DNA of 63,633 nt, filler included, from Octopus bimaculoides (lineage: Eukaryota), in assembly GCF_001194135.2 (NCBI RefSeq). It is 8 parts of 7 records of this genome, joined end to end, with 100 filler letters (N's around TTAATTAATTAA, not from the genome) between each part and the next. Parts side by side here need not be neighbours in the genome. Positions count along the whole stretch, not along the records: positions 30,199 to 40,936 come from NC_068988.1; positions 41,037 to 46,588 come from NC_069004.1; positions 46,689 to 55,909 come from NC_068986.1; 5 more parts are not named here. One strand, 5' to 3'. The translations under genes and the position numbers were made by a program. Each line of letters starts with the position of its first letter. The stretch's first letter is position 1. Shown piece after piece: positions 36,088 through 48,462 of this stretch. The notes beneath the pieces were generated by a model that saw only the letters and a program-made list of their open reading frames with translations, was not told where the DNA came from and searched no databases.

Positions 36088-36809
36088 NNNNNNNNNNNNN
36101 NNNNNNNNNNNNNNNNNNNNNNNNNNNNNNNNNNNNNNNNNNNNNNNNNNNNNNNNNNNNNNNNNNNNNNNNNNNNNNNNNNNNNNNNNNNNNNNNNNNN
36201 NNNNNNNNNNNNNNNNNNNNNNNNNNNNNNNNNNNNNNNNNNNNNNNNNNNNNNNNNNNNNNNNNNNNNNNNNNNNNNNNNNNNNNNNNNNNNNNNNNNN
36301 NNNNNNNNNNNNNNNNNNNNNNNNNNNNNNNNNNNNNNNNNNNNNNNNNNNNNNNNNNNNNNNNNNNNNNNNNNNNNNNNNNNNNNNNNNNNNNNNNNNN
36401 NNNNNNNNNNNNNNNNNNNNNNNNNNNNNNNNNNNNNNNNNNNNNNNNNNNNNNNNNNNNNNNNNNNNNNNNNNNNNNNNNNNNNNNNNNNNNNNNNNNN
36501 NNNNNNNNNNNNNNNNNNNNNNNNNNNNNNNNNNNNNNNNNNATATATATACATAGACCTCAGTTCTCTCGTTATCTCTCTCTACATTAGAATGTGTAAG
36601 TATGCATGTGTATGTATGTATGTATGTATGTATGTATGTATATATGTATGTTTGTATGTAACTGTCTCTTTCCCTCTCTCACTCGCTCCCCTCTCTAACT
36701 ATATTCAAAATGTTTTGTATTCTATATTTATTTTGAAACTGTTGTCTTTGCGTTGTCCTTGAAGCAAATAAAGAAATTTTCATCTTTAGAATTATTATGC
36801 CTTGTTGAA

Positions 36810-37418
36810 AATTATTATCATTATTATTATTATTATTGTTGTTGTTGTTGTTATTGTTATTATTATTATGATTATTATTCGTATTAGTATTGTTAAAAAA
36901 AGCAATACTTAAGTCAGAACTATTATCATTCCTTTTATTATTATTATAATTATAATTATTATTATTGTTTTTGTTGTTGTAGTAGCAGCAGTGAGAAATA
37001 GAAAAAAAAAATAGTGTTGAGTGTTTTGTAATGAGATTTGCTGAAGTGCTTCAGGGAAATTGGTGACTGGATACAGACAATTTCTGTGGAACAAAGGGAC
37101 ACGATAAGAGAATTCTGTTTCATTTTGTTAAATAACAACAGCAGCAGCAGCAGCAGCAGCAGCGGTAGCAATGCTTACTACGACAATGCAGTATTCACTA
37201 AAGCCACCGCGACCACCACAACAATCACCATCCCTATCATGACCATAAACATCATCAACAACAGCAGCAATAACAGCAACTACTATAATAACGACGAGAA
37301 CCAAAAGCAGGAACACTAGTACAGCAACAACGACAAGAACAACAGCACTGGGTACGACGGTGCGACATTTACCACCAGCACCGCCACCATCGTCACCACC
37401 ACCATCATTACTACAATC

Positions 37419-37453
<35 letters not shown>

Positions 37454-38255
37454 CACCACCACCACCACCNNNNNNNNNNNNNNNNNNNNNNNNNNNNNNN
37501 NNNNNNNNNNNNNNNNNNNNNNNNNNNNNNNNNNNNNNNNNNNNNNNNNNNNNNNNNNNNNNNNNNNNNCAACAACAGCAAAACGCTATCTACAGCGCCA
37601 GTACCATCACCACAAACAGCAATACTAGTAACAATTCCCTTGCACTGACACCACTAGCACCTCTAGCACCATCACCATCATCGTCATCACAACAAACATT
37701 AATACTCCAACACCGTCATCAAGAATTACAACAAAAATAGTGATTCTACAATGAAACCGCAAACACCAAAATCACCATAGCAATCAAATTACTACCACCA
37801 CAAACAACAACAGCAATAACAATAACTATGCTGTTTCCATGTAGTTGCTCGATTGCTGGATATAGCTGCCAAATGCCTCTTTAAATCACACGTTACCATC
37901 TTGAATACAGATAAAACAAACTTAATAATGTAATCTTGATAGTCTGAAAATGAAAAGGGATAGCCATGATTGAAACACTTCCATCTTAGTTTCGATTGAT
38001 TAGACTTGATTTGAGACTAAGCTATACTACACTGGCCACAGCTCCCACCGACACCACAGCCACCACCACGAAGACCTCCAACACCACCACTAACACTGCC
38101 TTCATCACTGTCATCGTCACTGGAACTAACACCCCCGCCTACACCATTTCCATCTCCTCAACCCTACAAACACAACCACGAATGCCACAACCATGGATAA
38201 CACCAGCAGCACTGAGACTTTTATCACCATCACAAGCACTAGAAGTATCATTGGC

Positions 38256-38288
<33 letters not shown>

Positions 38289-38345
38289 TGCAGTGGCAGC
38301 AACAACATTAGCAATAATAAAACAGCAGCAGCACCAACGATAATT
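36810..38345. repeat. Extended cryptic trinucleotide mosaic (TAT, CAG, CAA, GAC, CAC)
   Basis: Direct reading; a similar mosaic lies at 21495-21830. Confidence 0.85.
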
Positions 38346-39084
38346 CTTTTTAATGTTGACACAAGGCCGGCAATTTTGAGGGGCGGGGGTAAGCAAAATC
38401 TTATGGGCTCTAGTACCCCACTAGACCCCGAAACGTTGAAACACAATATCAACCACGGCAAAATTTGAACCCAGAACACAAGGAACTGGAAGAAATGCCG
38501 CTAGGCATTTTGTCCTACATGTTAAGATTCTGTTAGCGCGCCATCAATGATTAAAATCAGAAAATACAAGCCCGAATTTATAAGTTTTATAAGTGCAAAA
38601 AAAAAAGAAAGGGGCAATTATACCGGCATCTGTTTTTGCAAGAGAGCTCACTGTGTACAGTAATATATAACTATAAATATAGTTTCTCTTATTAAAACAA
38701 AATAATTAGAAATTAAACGAAAAAATTAGGTATGACATTAATTTCCGCATCCTTCAGCTTTATACATTATTATTTTTCTTTTTAGCTTCTTTTTAGATTA
38801 CTTCCTCACACCAGAAGTCTCACGGAACTTTCAACTTTTTGAGGTTCAGAAGAAAATAAGTCCAAAGAATGGAGTGAAAACAAATATGGTGTTGTATTGG
38901 CAAAGATGCAACGTCTTATAGAACTATTTTTTGCTTCGTAAATGGAAAACAGACGAAGGGTTCAATACCAGATCTCCCTCCTGAGACAACGCCTTAATAA
39001 CTCCCAAGTATATCTACAGAAAATAAGTGTTACATATATTAAGATATTGGAGGGGATGAATTATTACATCCTAAAAATATTATA

Positions 39085-39262
39085 CTGCTTGACAACTGGT
39101 ATTGGTTCGTTTACGTCTCCGTAACCTAGAAGTTCGGTAAAAGAGACTGATAGAGTAAGTCCTATATTTTTAAAAATCACTACAGCGATCGATTTGTTAC
39201 CCATTAGGACTGTGTCCCAGTTTAGCTGTTGTCGAATGACTGAAACAAGTAAAAGATATAGC
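39085..39262 (+). mobile_element. Diverged family C SINE tail inserted in the hAT remnant
   Basis: gcttgacaactggtattggttcgtttacgtctccgtaacc...gaatgactgaaacaagtaaaaga. Confidence 0.7.
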
Positions 39263-39544
39263 TTTTGATTCCAGCCGAAACCACAAATTTTTCCCAGCGA
39301 AAATAGCATTAATGACTGGAAAAAAATCAGAAGTAAAAGTGAAAACACTGGAATAAAACCGACTCCACAGGCATTCTATGATGAAGTTCACTATTCTCTG
39401 TAAGGAATCTTTTTTTATGTTGATATGGAGTCGGGAAATAGGAACAGATGCAGGAGAATAAGAGATGCTGAAATGAACAATTATGCTTGTAGTCGTGGAA
39501 ATCATTTAAGGATAGTAAAGAGATCATTATTTATGTTTGCTTGG

Positions 39545-39865
39545 CACTCTGTCGCCTACGACGACGCGGGTTCCAGTTGATCCGATAAACGAAACAGCCT
39601 GCTCATGAAATTAACGGGCAAGTGGCTGAGTACTCCACAGAGACGTGTAACTTAACGTAGTTCTCAGGGAGATGCAGTGTGACACAGAATGTGACAACGC
39701 CGGTCCTTTGAAATACAGGGACTGCTCATATTTGCTAGCTTAGTGGACTAGAGAAAACGTGAAATAAAATGTCTTGCTCAAGGACATAACGCGCCGCCGG
39801 GAATCGAACTCGCGACCTTACGATCGTGAGCCGAATACTCAAACCACAAAGTCACGCGCCTTCAA
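39545..39865 (-). mobile_element. tRNA-derived SINE, third family (Deu/Nin-domain-like body)
   Basis: The reverse complement starts ggcgcgtgactttgtggtttgagtattcggctcacgatcgtaaggtcgcgagttcgattcccgg (clear B box GAGTTCGATTCCC), then tccttgagcaagac... The domain assignment is from memory. Confidence 0.7.
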
Positions 39866-40704
39866 GAAGAGATTATTAGGACAATGCATTGCATGAAAGG
39901 GTTTTAGAAATAATGGAATTTGTACAATTTAATTTATTTTTGACAGACCACCTTAACGAATTTAGCACTCCTGATAATGGTAAACAGGAATCTGCCAAGT
40001 ACTTTTTAGTTTGTATAGATTCAACGCTAAATCTGATTCATGCTGACCACCTAACCGTTATTACATAATATGTTGTTTCTGGCAAGAAATGTTTCTAGCT
40101 TTCCTATAAACTGACTCTGACAAGGTTGACGTAGTAGCTACATCGCTTCTAGAGTTTCTAAGAAAACAATGTATTAATTTTGAACACGGAACAAGCAGTC
40201 CTACTGTAATGCCATCAATATATCCGTATATTACACAAGAATGTAAGCCAGAGTTGAGAATCTCATTCTCTCTACTGCTCACTCATAGAATCGTACTTGA
40301 CAGGCTACTACCACTTGCTGTGTTAAAGCTGTTACTTATTTTGATTTCATACAATTGTTATATGCTTGTTTTATTGCGTCAACACACAGGCAGGAATATC
40401 TAATGGAGTCTTTAGAAACAAATAAACAGCAGTAACTGTGAAATTCCTGTCAGACAATCGGTCAGTAACGGCTTTTGCTATTCAAAGCCTTGATGAATAC
40501 AACTGTTTTCAAAAGGAACTCAGAAACATCAAAAGAAATAGGCAGCTGGGTTTATTATAATTCTTCAAGACGTAACTCGACGCAGAGCTGAGCACAGGAT
40601 CCTGGATTACATGGATATACATACATACATACATATATACATATGTGTATATTATAAGCACATAATGAAAATGTGCGTGTGTATTTGTTTTTGCGTATAT
40701 ATAC

Positions 40705-40936
40705 TCTTTTAATTGTTTCAGTCATTTGACTGCGGCCATGCTGGAGCATCGCCTTTAGTCGAGGAAATTGACCCCAGGACTTATTCTTTGTAAGCCTAGT
40801 ACTTATTCTATCGGTCTCTTTTTGTCGAACCGCTATGTTACGGGGACGTAAACACACCACCATCGGTTGTCAAGCGATGGTGGGGGGACAAATACAGACA
40901 CACAAACACACATACACACACACACACACACACACA
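40705..40936 (-). mobile_element. Family C SINE tail
   Basis: gtttcagtcatttgactgcggccatgctggagcatcgcc...gcgatggtggggggacaaatacag. Confidence 0.85.
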
Positions 40937-41188
40937 NNNNNNNNNNNNNNNNNNNNNNNNNNNNNNNNNNNNNNNNNNNNTTAATTAATTAANNNNNNNN
41001 NNNNNNNNNNNNNNNNNNNNNNNNNNNNNNNNNNNNCAGGATTATTTCTATTCCTTCCATGTTGATTGGAGGCAAAATATGCTAGCTGTTTTTTTATACC
41101 ACCTTTTTTTAAGAAGTATATCATTAACATTATGTATGTCTCCAAACATACACATGCACAACTCATTGTATGAGTTTTTGTGCATATA

Positions 41189-41233
<45 letters not shown>

Positions 41234-41784
41234 TGTTGTGTCTGGGGAGAGTCATTTTCTTATTGTGCCTTAAAATTTAACACACTCACCGTTAAAATTT
41301 CCACTTATTTCTTATTTTTATTTTCCTAAAATTTTCGTTGTGTCTTGCAACCTTTTCAAGAGTCAAGACTTCCTGTATGGGGAATGCACAAGAGCGCGAG
41401 GATGATTTCAACTTCATTTCAAGGATGTCCGGAAAGAGAGATAATAAAATCAATAGATCTGGACATCCTGAGATGGGAGAAAGGTTGCAAATGATTGCCC
41501 ATGCTGGAGAGAAATACTGTGAAAGAGAGAGAAACTTGCAGCCAAAGAAATGTGCACCCAATGAAAGGAAAAACCCTCAGTGCTGGTAGAGAGCTCCTTC
41601 AAATGCAGTTGCTTATGTGCATGACTGCCACTCCCATGTAGGCCGCTGCTTCGTCAGCAGATGCTGCACCACTATTTGCAGCTGGTACAATTTTTTCAGA
41701 CACAGATCCATTGTCTCTCGAGAACAACAGATGCCTACTATATGTAAATATATATATTTACATATGAGTGTGTGNNNNNNNNNN

Positions 41785-41816
<32 letters not shown>

Positions 41817-42109
41817 CATATTTGCATATGTAAGCAAAATTTACATACATGTTTGTATGTAGAATGGTTGCATTTGATACTACGATTGCATTTCTCAGTC
41901 ACTAAAGATAAATTTCAAGAAGTCGGAGAAAAAGTTCATTTTTTGCAGGATTATTTCTATTTCTTCCATGTTGATTGGAGGCAAACTATGCTAGCTTTTT
42001 TTATACCACCTTTTTTTAAGAAGTATATCATTAATATTATGCATGTCTCCAAACATGCACATACACACACACAATGACTGAGTTTTGTGCATATATGTGT
42101 ATGTATGTA

Positions 42110-42182
<73 letters not shown>

Positions 42183-42294
42183 TTCATTTTTGTATTTGGT
42201 TTACAAGATTCTTAACATGAATTTGTGTGTTGAAGCATATTTTATCATGTCTGGGGAGTCAGTCTCTTTTAGTGCCTTTATTCATGATACTGAA

Positions 42295-43110
42295 CTGTTG
42301 TTAGAGACTGTGAACAACAGAGTGTAGCTCCTCTACTCCTATTGCATGAAACCTGTAGCTTCTATATGTATATTGTTCACAAGAACTCAGCTTTGTCACA
42401 CAACATGAAAATCAACAGACTGATAGCTGGCTTAGTTAGGATAATGAACAACATGTCCCCACTATGCGAGCCCTATGAAACTTCAGAACTTTATGCACCA
42501 CATGCAATTCTCTGGATATGACCAGAAAGATAGGGTTCAGGTATACAGGGGAGCTAGAAAGAAGTTAGGTAGCATTATATGTAAAGAAACCAGTGGTACC
42601 TGCCCTAGATACAGAAGTAAAGACTGGAATAGGATACAAAGAGTTTGTGACAAAGAAAACAAGGTGAAAACATGGTACAAGACCAACAAATATCAAGGAG
42701 TGATGTTTGTAGAGGTCACAGCCCATGGAGAACTAGCCCGAAGATTTAGAACAGCTCTGAAGGAGGCCAGCTCCATTACCTCTTTGAGAATACCACATGC
42801 ACCAGTGATAACTGCATGGTATGTATGATTAACACTGGCATTAACTGTAGAACTACAGATGTCATCTACAACATAAGGTGCATAGACGGTGCTTGTAAAG
42901 ACAAGAACATCATATACATAGATGAGATATCATCTAGAAGCATTGCAGACAGACTAAATGAACATTTAAGACAATGTGATGACAAAAAACAGTCCTCCAT
43001 ACTTTATCAACATACCAAAGACCAACATGGAGGCACACTGGGTCAACTTGACATCTGCATTTTATCCAAGCACCTGAAGGACCCAACACCGAAACAAATA
43101 CAGGAGTACA
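42295..43110 (+). mobile_element. Second, different Penelope-like remnant (RT thumb region and GIY-YIG)
   Basis: Y.KP.AS...NSALS...K, then CRTTDVIYNI.C...C....YI.EISSRSIADRLNEH...SILYQH...H (GIY-YIG layout). Confidence 0.75.
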
Positions 43111-43114
43111 TCCT

Positions 43115-43325
43115 CATTTGTGTTTCTGTGTTTGTCCCCCAACATCGCTTGACAACCGATGCTGGTGTGTTTACGTCCCCCATAACTTAGTGGTTCGGCA
43201 AAAGAGACCGATAGAATAAGTACTAGGCTTACAAAGAATAAGTCCTGGGGTCGATTTGCTCGACAAAAGGCAGTGCTCCAGCATGGCCGCAGTCAAATGA
43301 CTGAAACAAGTAAAAGAGTAATGAG
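43115..43325 (+). mobile_element. Family C SINE tail truncating the Penelope-like remnant
   Basis: tgtgtttgtcccccaacatcgcttgacaacc...ggccgcagtcaaatgactgaaacaagtaaaagag. Confidence 0.85.
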
Positions 43326-44059
43326 TAAGTAAATGAGTGTAAATCGAACTGTTGAGTCTGTTAAGTAATAAGGTACTAAAAGAGAATGACTCTATCCGGA
43401 CACAGCATATATATATATATATTGAAAATGAATAAAAATGAAAATGCCACTTTTTTAAAACATTTTTGGGGGGGTTTTATCTAATTTACATGTTTCGGTT
43501 TTTTTGAAAAACCTTATCAAAAATGAATATAAAATATGTGAGAAGAGAAAATGGCTATTAATAAAATAAAATTGAAATTAAAATTAAGAATGACATTCAT
43601 AGTTTACTGTTATTTCTTGCATACGCACGTGGTCCTTTCCTTGAACATGGTAATTCCAACTTGTTCTTTTAGTAGATTACTACTACCTGTTTTAGTAAAT
43701 TAAATAGTGGTCAGGGAGGGATTCTAGGAGTGTAGTACTTTTACAAATCTTTTCAAATATATATATATATGTATCTATTGGTATGTATTGCAAAGAACAG
43801 CCAGGTTTCTTTCTCTAACATTCTACATAGTTAAATCTAAAGGGAAGTTAGGGGAGAAGTGATGACTAGCATATCTAGCTATCTATCTATCCATATCATA
43901 TATCATATCACATATCATTTATCATATATCATATCAGACATCATATAAAATTGTATACCACACTGCACCGTACCACATCACACCATACCACATCACATAC
44001 CATATCATGTCATATATAATTATTGTGGTGATGGCAGTGAAGAAAGGAACTGAATTTAC

Positions 44060-44297
44060 CAGATTCTGTGAGATCAGAAATTTCAACATCATCTTCGTTT
44101 TCAGAGCTGGAATTATGAAGATCATCATCATCATCATCATTAATGTTGATCCTATCTCCTTCTTCAGTAAGACCACTGTCCTCTACAGACAAGTGGCACT
44201 TTGCCTGCAGTTCTTTGAGCTTTTCCAAGAATTTCTTCTTGTCCTTATCCTGTTTGTACGACTGCTGGGTTTGAACCAGCAACTTCAGGATACGTTG
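44060..44297 (-). CDS. TONSL: Next coding exon of Tonsoku-like protein (TPR end plus acidic linker), 79 codons + 1 nt, phase 0/1
   Basis: Acceptor tttttctttcag, donor GTAAAT. Translation QRILKLLVQTQQSYKQDKDKKKFLEKLKELQAKCHLSVEDSGLTEEGDRININDDDDDDLHNSSSENEDDVEISDLTES joins the upstream exon in frame. It matches the TONSL layout of QxxxL..L..VQ followed by an acidic stretch before the ankyrin repeats. Confidence 0.8.
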
Positions 44298-44529
44298 CTG
44301 AAAGAAAAACAGTCTAATTACAGATTGAGCAGATTTATATAACTGGTGATACTAATTTCCTGGATTGTTCTAGAACAAACCATAAACACAATTACAATGT
44401 CACATGGATAATTCATATTTTTCAACTAGTTTGCCCATGATGTCATTCAGAAAGAAAATACATAAATAAGTAAAGGAAACTTTATGTGTATTTACACACA
44501 CATACAAACAAGTGTTAGTGAATATAGAT

Positions 44530-44690
44530 AGAGTGGGTGTGTGGTAAGAAGCTTGCTTCCTAACCACATGGTTCCAGGTTCAGTCACACTGCATGGCACC
44601 TTGGGCAAGCACCTTCTACTATAGCCTCGGGCCGATCGAAGCCTTGAGAGTGAATTTGGCAGATAGAAATTGAAAGAAGCCCATCACATA
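44530..44690 (+). mobile_element. Family A SINE head/body with an empty Tx1 target site
   Basis: gtgtggtaagaagcttgcttcctaaccacatggttccaggttcagtc..., followed by a (TACA/CA/TA) microsatellite. Confidence 0.8.
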
Positions 44691-44739
44691 CATACATACA
44701 TACATACATACATACATACACACATACACACACACACAC

Positions 44740-44789
<50 letters not shown>

Positions 44790-44949
44790 AGTTCAGTTAT
44801 TTGGGATTTCAATCAATAGATTTGTGGATATTCCATGTTATTATTTCTTGATGTGCATATAAATACCATGAGTTTTCCACCATAAATACTCGCTATGTTC
44901 TTTTTGCATTATCTGAAATGGAATATCCACAAACAAGCATCGCCTTACA

Positions 44950-45240
44950 GGCACTTGTGTCAGTGGCACGTGAACAAAACATTTGAGCGAGGTCATTGCC
45001 AGTGCAGGTGGCACGTAAAAAACACCATTTGAGCGTGGCCATTGCCAGTACTGCCTGACTAGCACTCATGCTGGTGGCACGTAAAAGCACCCACAACACT
45101 CTTGGAGTGGTTGGCGTTAGGAAGGGCATCCTGCTGTAGAAACTCTGCCAAATCAGATTGGAGCCTAGTGCAGCCATCTGGTTCACCAGTCCTCAGTCAA
45201 ATCGTCCAACCCATGCTAGCATGGAAAGCGGACGTTAAAC
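44950..45240 (+). mobile_element. RTE 3'-UTR-type repeat (family D); further copies at 46689-46982 (+) and ~51535-51720 (-)
   Basis: gtggttggcgttaggaagggcatcc...gctagcatggaaagcggacgttaaac, the same tail as 55600-55800. Confidence 0.75.
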
Positions 45241-45440
45241 AATGAACAATTGATTGAAATCCCAAATAACTGCACTATTATTAATTTCTATTATTATATA
45301 TTTTGTATATTTCTGTATAAATATATATAAATATATCATAATTATGACCCCACTGCACAATATCCTGATGTGGAAGACATCAGTGGGACTGAACCCGGAA
45401 CCATGTGGTTGGTAAGCAAACTACTTACCACACAGTCACA

Positions 45441-45481
<41 letters not shown>

Positions 45482-45621
45482 NNNNNNNNNNNNNNNNNNN
45501 NNNNNNNNNNNNNNNNNNNNNNNNNNNNNNNNNNNNNNNNNNNNNNNNNNNNNNNNNNNNNNNNNNNNNNNNNNNNNNNNNNNNNNNNNNNNNNNNNNNN
45601 NNNNNNNNNNNNNNNNNNNNN

Positions 45622-45663
<42 letters not shown>

Positions 45664-45803
45664 TGTGTACATATGTGATGATGATGATTTTCAACATCAT
45701 TTAGAAAACACATTCTATTAGATAACTAAAGAAGCTTTAATTTTAAATGAGACATTTTGTATGAAATAAAACATGGGTGGCCCAAGCAGATTAAAGTACT
45801 TAC

Positions 45804-45929
45804 CTCAAGCCGTACATTTTTTGCTTCTCTGGCAAAATTCAAGGCGTGAAGATAGGAGAGTTTGATAACCTCATAACTCATCTTGATATTTTCTTGGTTG
45901 ATGCCTAAATTGATAAGTGTCTGGCAGCT
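45804..45929 (-). CDS. TONSL: Internal coding exon of Tonsoku-like protein (end of TPR region), 42 codons, phase 0/0
   Basis: Minus strand has a polypyrimidine acceptor ttttctctcatttccag and a perfect donor GTAAGT. Open 126-bp frame SCQTLINLGINQENIKMSYEVIKLSYLHALNFAREAKNVRLE resembles the last TPR of vertebrate TONSL as I recall it (KTWLNIA..EE....YE.L..CFQKAL..A..A). The exon is not in the ORF track. Confidence 0.82.
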
Positions 45930-45977
45930 CTGGAAATGAGAGAAAAATAAGAGGGTATAATACTACTTTCAAATTTT

Positions 45978-46178
45978 GGCACAAGGCTAGCAATTTCAGA
46001 GAAGGGGCTAAGTTGGTTATATCAACCTCAGCGTTCAACTGGCACTTATTTCATAAACCAAGAAAGGATGAAAGGTAAAGCCAACCTCGGTGGAATTTGA
46101 ACTCACAATGTAAAGACTGACAAAATACCAATAAACATCTTGTTCAGTTTGCTAACAATTCAGCCAGTTTGCTACCTT
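45978..46178 (-). mobile_element. CpG-decayed SINE family B (alternative tail)
   Basis: ggcacaaggctagcaatttc...aaggatgaaaggtaaagccaacctcggtggaatttgaactc. Other degenerate copies at ~1372-1560 and ~38354-38540. Confidence 0.7.
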
Positions 46179-46384
46179 ACAGGATATTGAATGCTGTATT
46201 GATGGCAGGTGGACAGCTGCCAACTGGTGTACGTATAATGTGGGGGTGTAGTTCCTCCAGCAACACTGTGTGATAAGATGTTTGCTTCCCAACCAAGAGG
46301 TTTCAGGTTCAGTCCTACTGCAGGGCATTTTGGGATTCTACTATAACCCAGTAAGTAGATTTGGCAGACAGAAACTGACAGAAA

Positions 46385-46588
46385 GGCGGTGAGCTGGCAG
46401 AAACGTTAGCACGCCAGGCGAAATGCTTAGCTGTATTTCATCAGCCGTTACATTCTGTGTTCAAATTCCACCAAGGTCAACTTTGCCTTTCATCCTTTCG
46501 GGGTCAATAAATTAAGTACCAGTTACACACTAGGGTCGATATAATCGACTTATTCCCTTTGTCTGTCCTTGTTTGTCCCCTCTGTGTG
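46385..46588 (+). mobile_element. SINE family B with Tx1-type 3' tail (runs into a gap)
   Basis: ggcggtgagctggcagaaacgttagc...ctttgtctgtccttgtttgtcccctctgtgtg. Confidence 0.8.
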
Positions 46589-48462
46589 NNNNNNNNNNNN
46601 NNNNNNNNNNNNNNNNNNNNNNNNNNNNNNNNTTAATTAATTAANNNNNNNNNNNNNNNNNNNNNNNNNNNNNNNNNNNNNNNNNNNNTTGTAATCTTTC
46701 GAGCGGGATCGTTGCCAGTGCCCCTGGACTGGCTCTTGTGCGGGTGGCACATAAAAGACACCATTTCAAGCGTGGCCGTTTTCGTGCGGGTGACACGTAA
46801 AAGCACCCACTACACTCTCTGAGTGGTTGGCGTTAGGAAGGGCATCCAGCTGTAGAAACTCTGCCAAATTAGATTGGAGCCTGGTGTTGCCATTCGGTTT
46901 AACCAGTCCTCAGTCAAATCGTCCAACCCATGCTAGCATGGAAGGCGGACGGACGTTAAACGATGATGATGATGATGATGATGACATGTAAAACTCCATC
47001 ACTGTAGCAAATTTGAAAAATATTTCAATTGGAATAAATTTAAAAAGATGCAATTCAAAGAAAAGTAATTCTAAAAACAATTTTAAGATGCCATCTTACT
47101 TAGGTGAGCTCTCATAACCAGTCAATGTTTAAAAAATCCTATTATATTTTTACAACTGATTATTATCAAGTGTATAAAAAAAAATAGTTGAAATATTTTG
47201 GGTATTATAGAGGTATCTGATTTCATTGCACAAACTTTAACCCCACCCCCACCCCCAAGTTGTGGATCCCGGTTGAGAACCACTGGTTTAAACTGAAGTA
47301 GTGAAGACTCAACTGTGTACTATTATTTTGAATACATTACACTGATGAAGGGGCATAGATAAATGATTATGTGATTCTGAGTTCAATCCCATTGTGCATC
47401 ATCTTAAGGTGTCTCCTTCATAGCCTCAGGCAGATCAAAACCTTTAAAATAAAATTTGGTAGATGGAATGTGCAAAGGCTTGTCATACTTTTCAGTATTT
47501 ATACATTTTAATGAAAAATACAGTGCTCTTTTAAGTCTTTTGTACCATGTTAAACATCCCTTTGTTCCTTCTCAGAAATGCAGTGCACTTGTAGGATTGA
47601 AACTGCATCAATCTTATTCAGTTAATTAACTTTTGCTCTTAGACATTCAATGATATAACTCAAAATATTAAGTAACTGCTTACATTTCTAATAATTCTCT
47701 TTCAATGAATTTCAATAATTAAATAATTAAGCTAAGATTTGTTTAAAGGTATGTTAAATCAAATTTTTGCACCTAGAAATATTATAACAAGAAAAGTGCT
47801 AATTTTGAAAAAATTAGTAAGGCTAGTTGTTTCAAAACAATCCTTTAGTTATATCAATGCAGTGGTAAATATGGCACCACAAGATATGTTGCAAAACAGC
47901 CTTCAGACAATTATTAAAGCATTGAAGTAGTTTTGTTTCCCATATGCCCAAAGGAATTGTATTTAGTTATATAAGTTTAACAAAATACTGTTTTATTGCA
48001 ACTGCTTAGAACAGCAAGATTTTCTTATCCAGCAGTATTTACAGGTACGTTGACTAGACATGTGTGGACATCAGACACAACACAGGGTTAGCAACATAAC
48101 TGAAACCATCAATATCTTAGCTGGTTGTTAATGGTTTTCTCTAGTTAGAAAAATACTAGGATGGAAAGAGTAATATTGTCTGTAATAAATATCTTCAACT
48201 ATATTCTTCAATAAAAATAATTTTATTTTAAATTTTCAAGTTAAAACTGAAAACTTAAAAAATTTAAGTATATATTTGACATTTCATATTCAGATGGTGA
48301 TATAGATGCTTGGAGTTTTGTCAGTGAAACAATTTAGACATAGGTCTAGAATCTATTTTGCTATTGTGGTTCACCAGAATAAAAATGATGCACCCTACTC
48401 CAGTTCCACAAAAATAGAATTTATGATTGAAATATTGCAATCATTCAGACATGGAACATTAA

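Larger units (their letters stand above)
38790..40560 (+). mobile_element. Highly decayed hAT (ZMYM1/DUF4371-like) transposase, interrupted by two SINEs
   Basis: Fragments IDST.NL.HADHLTVI..YV, AVTYFDFIQLLY..F.AST and TVKFLSDNR..(TRWS-like) appear in the expected order across frames. Confidence 0.6.

Noticed and set aside
37360-38468. Thr/Pro/Gln-rich mucin- or extensin-like ORFs
   Set aside because: They derive from trinucleotide mosaic DNA with ORFs in several frames and strands and no splice or domain evidence.
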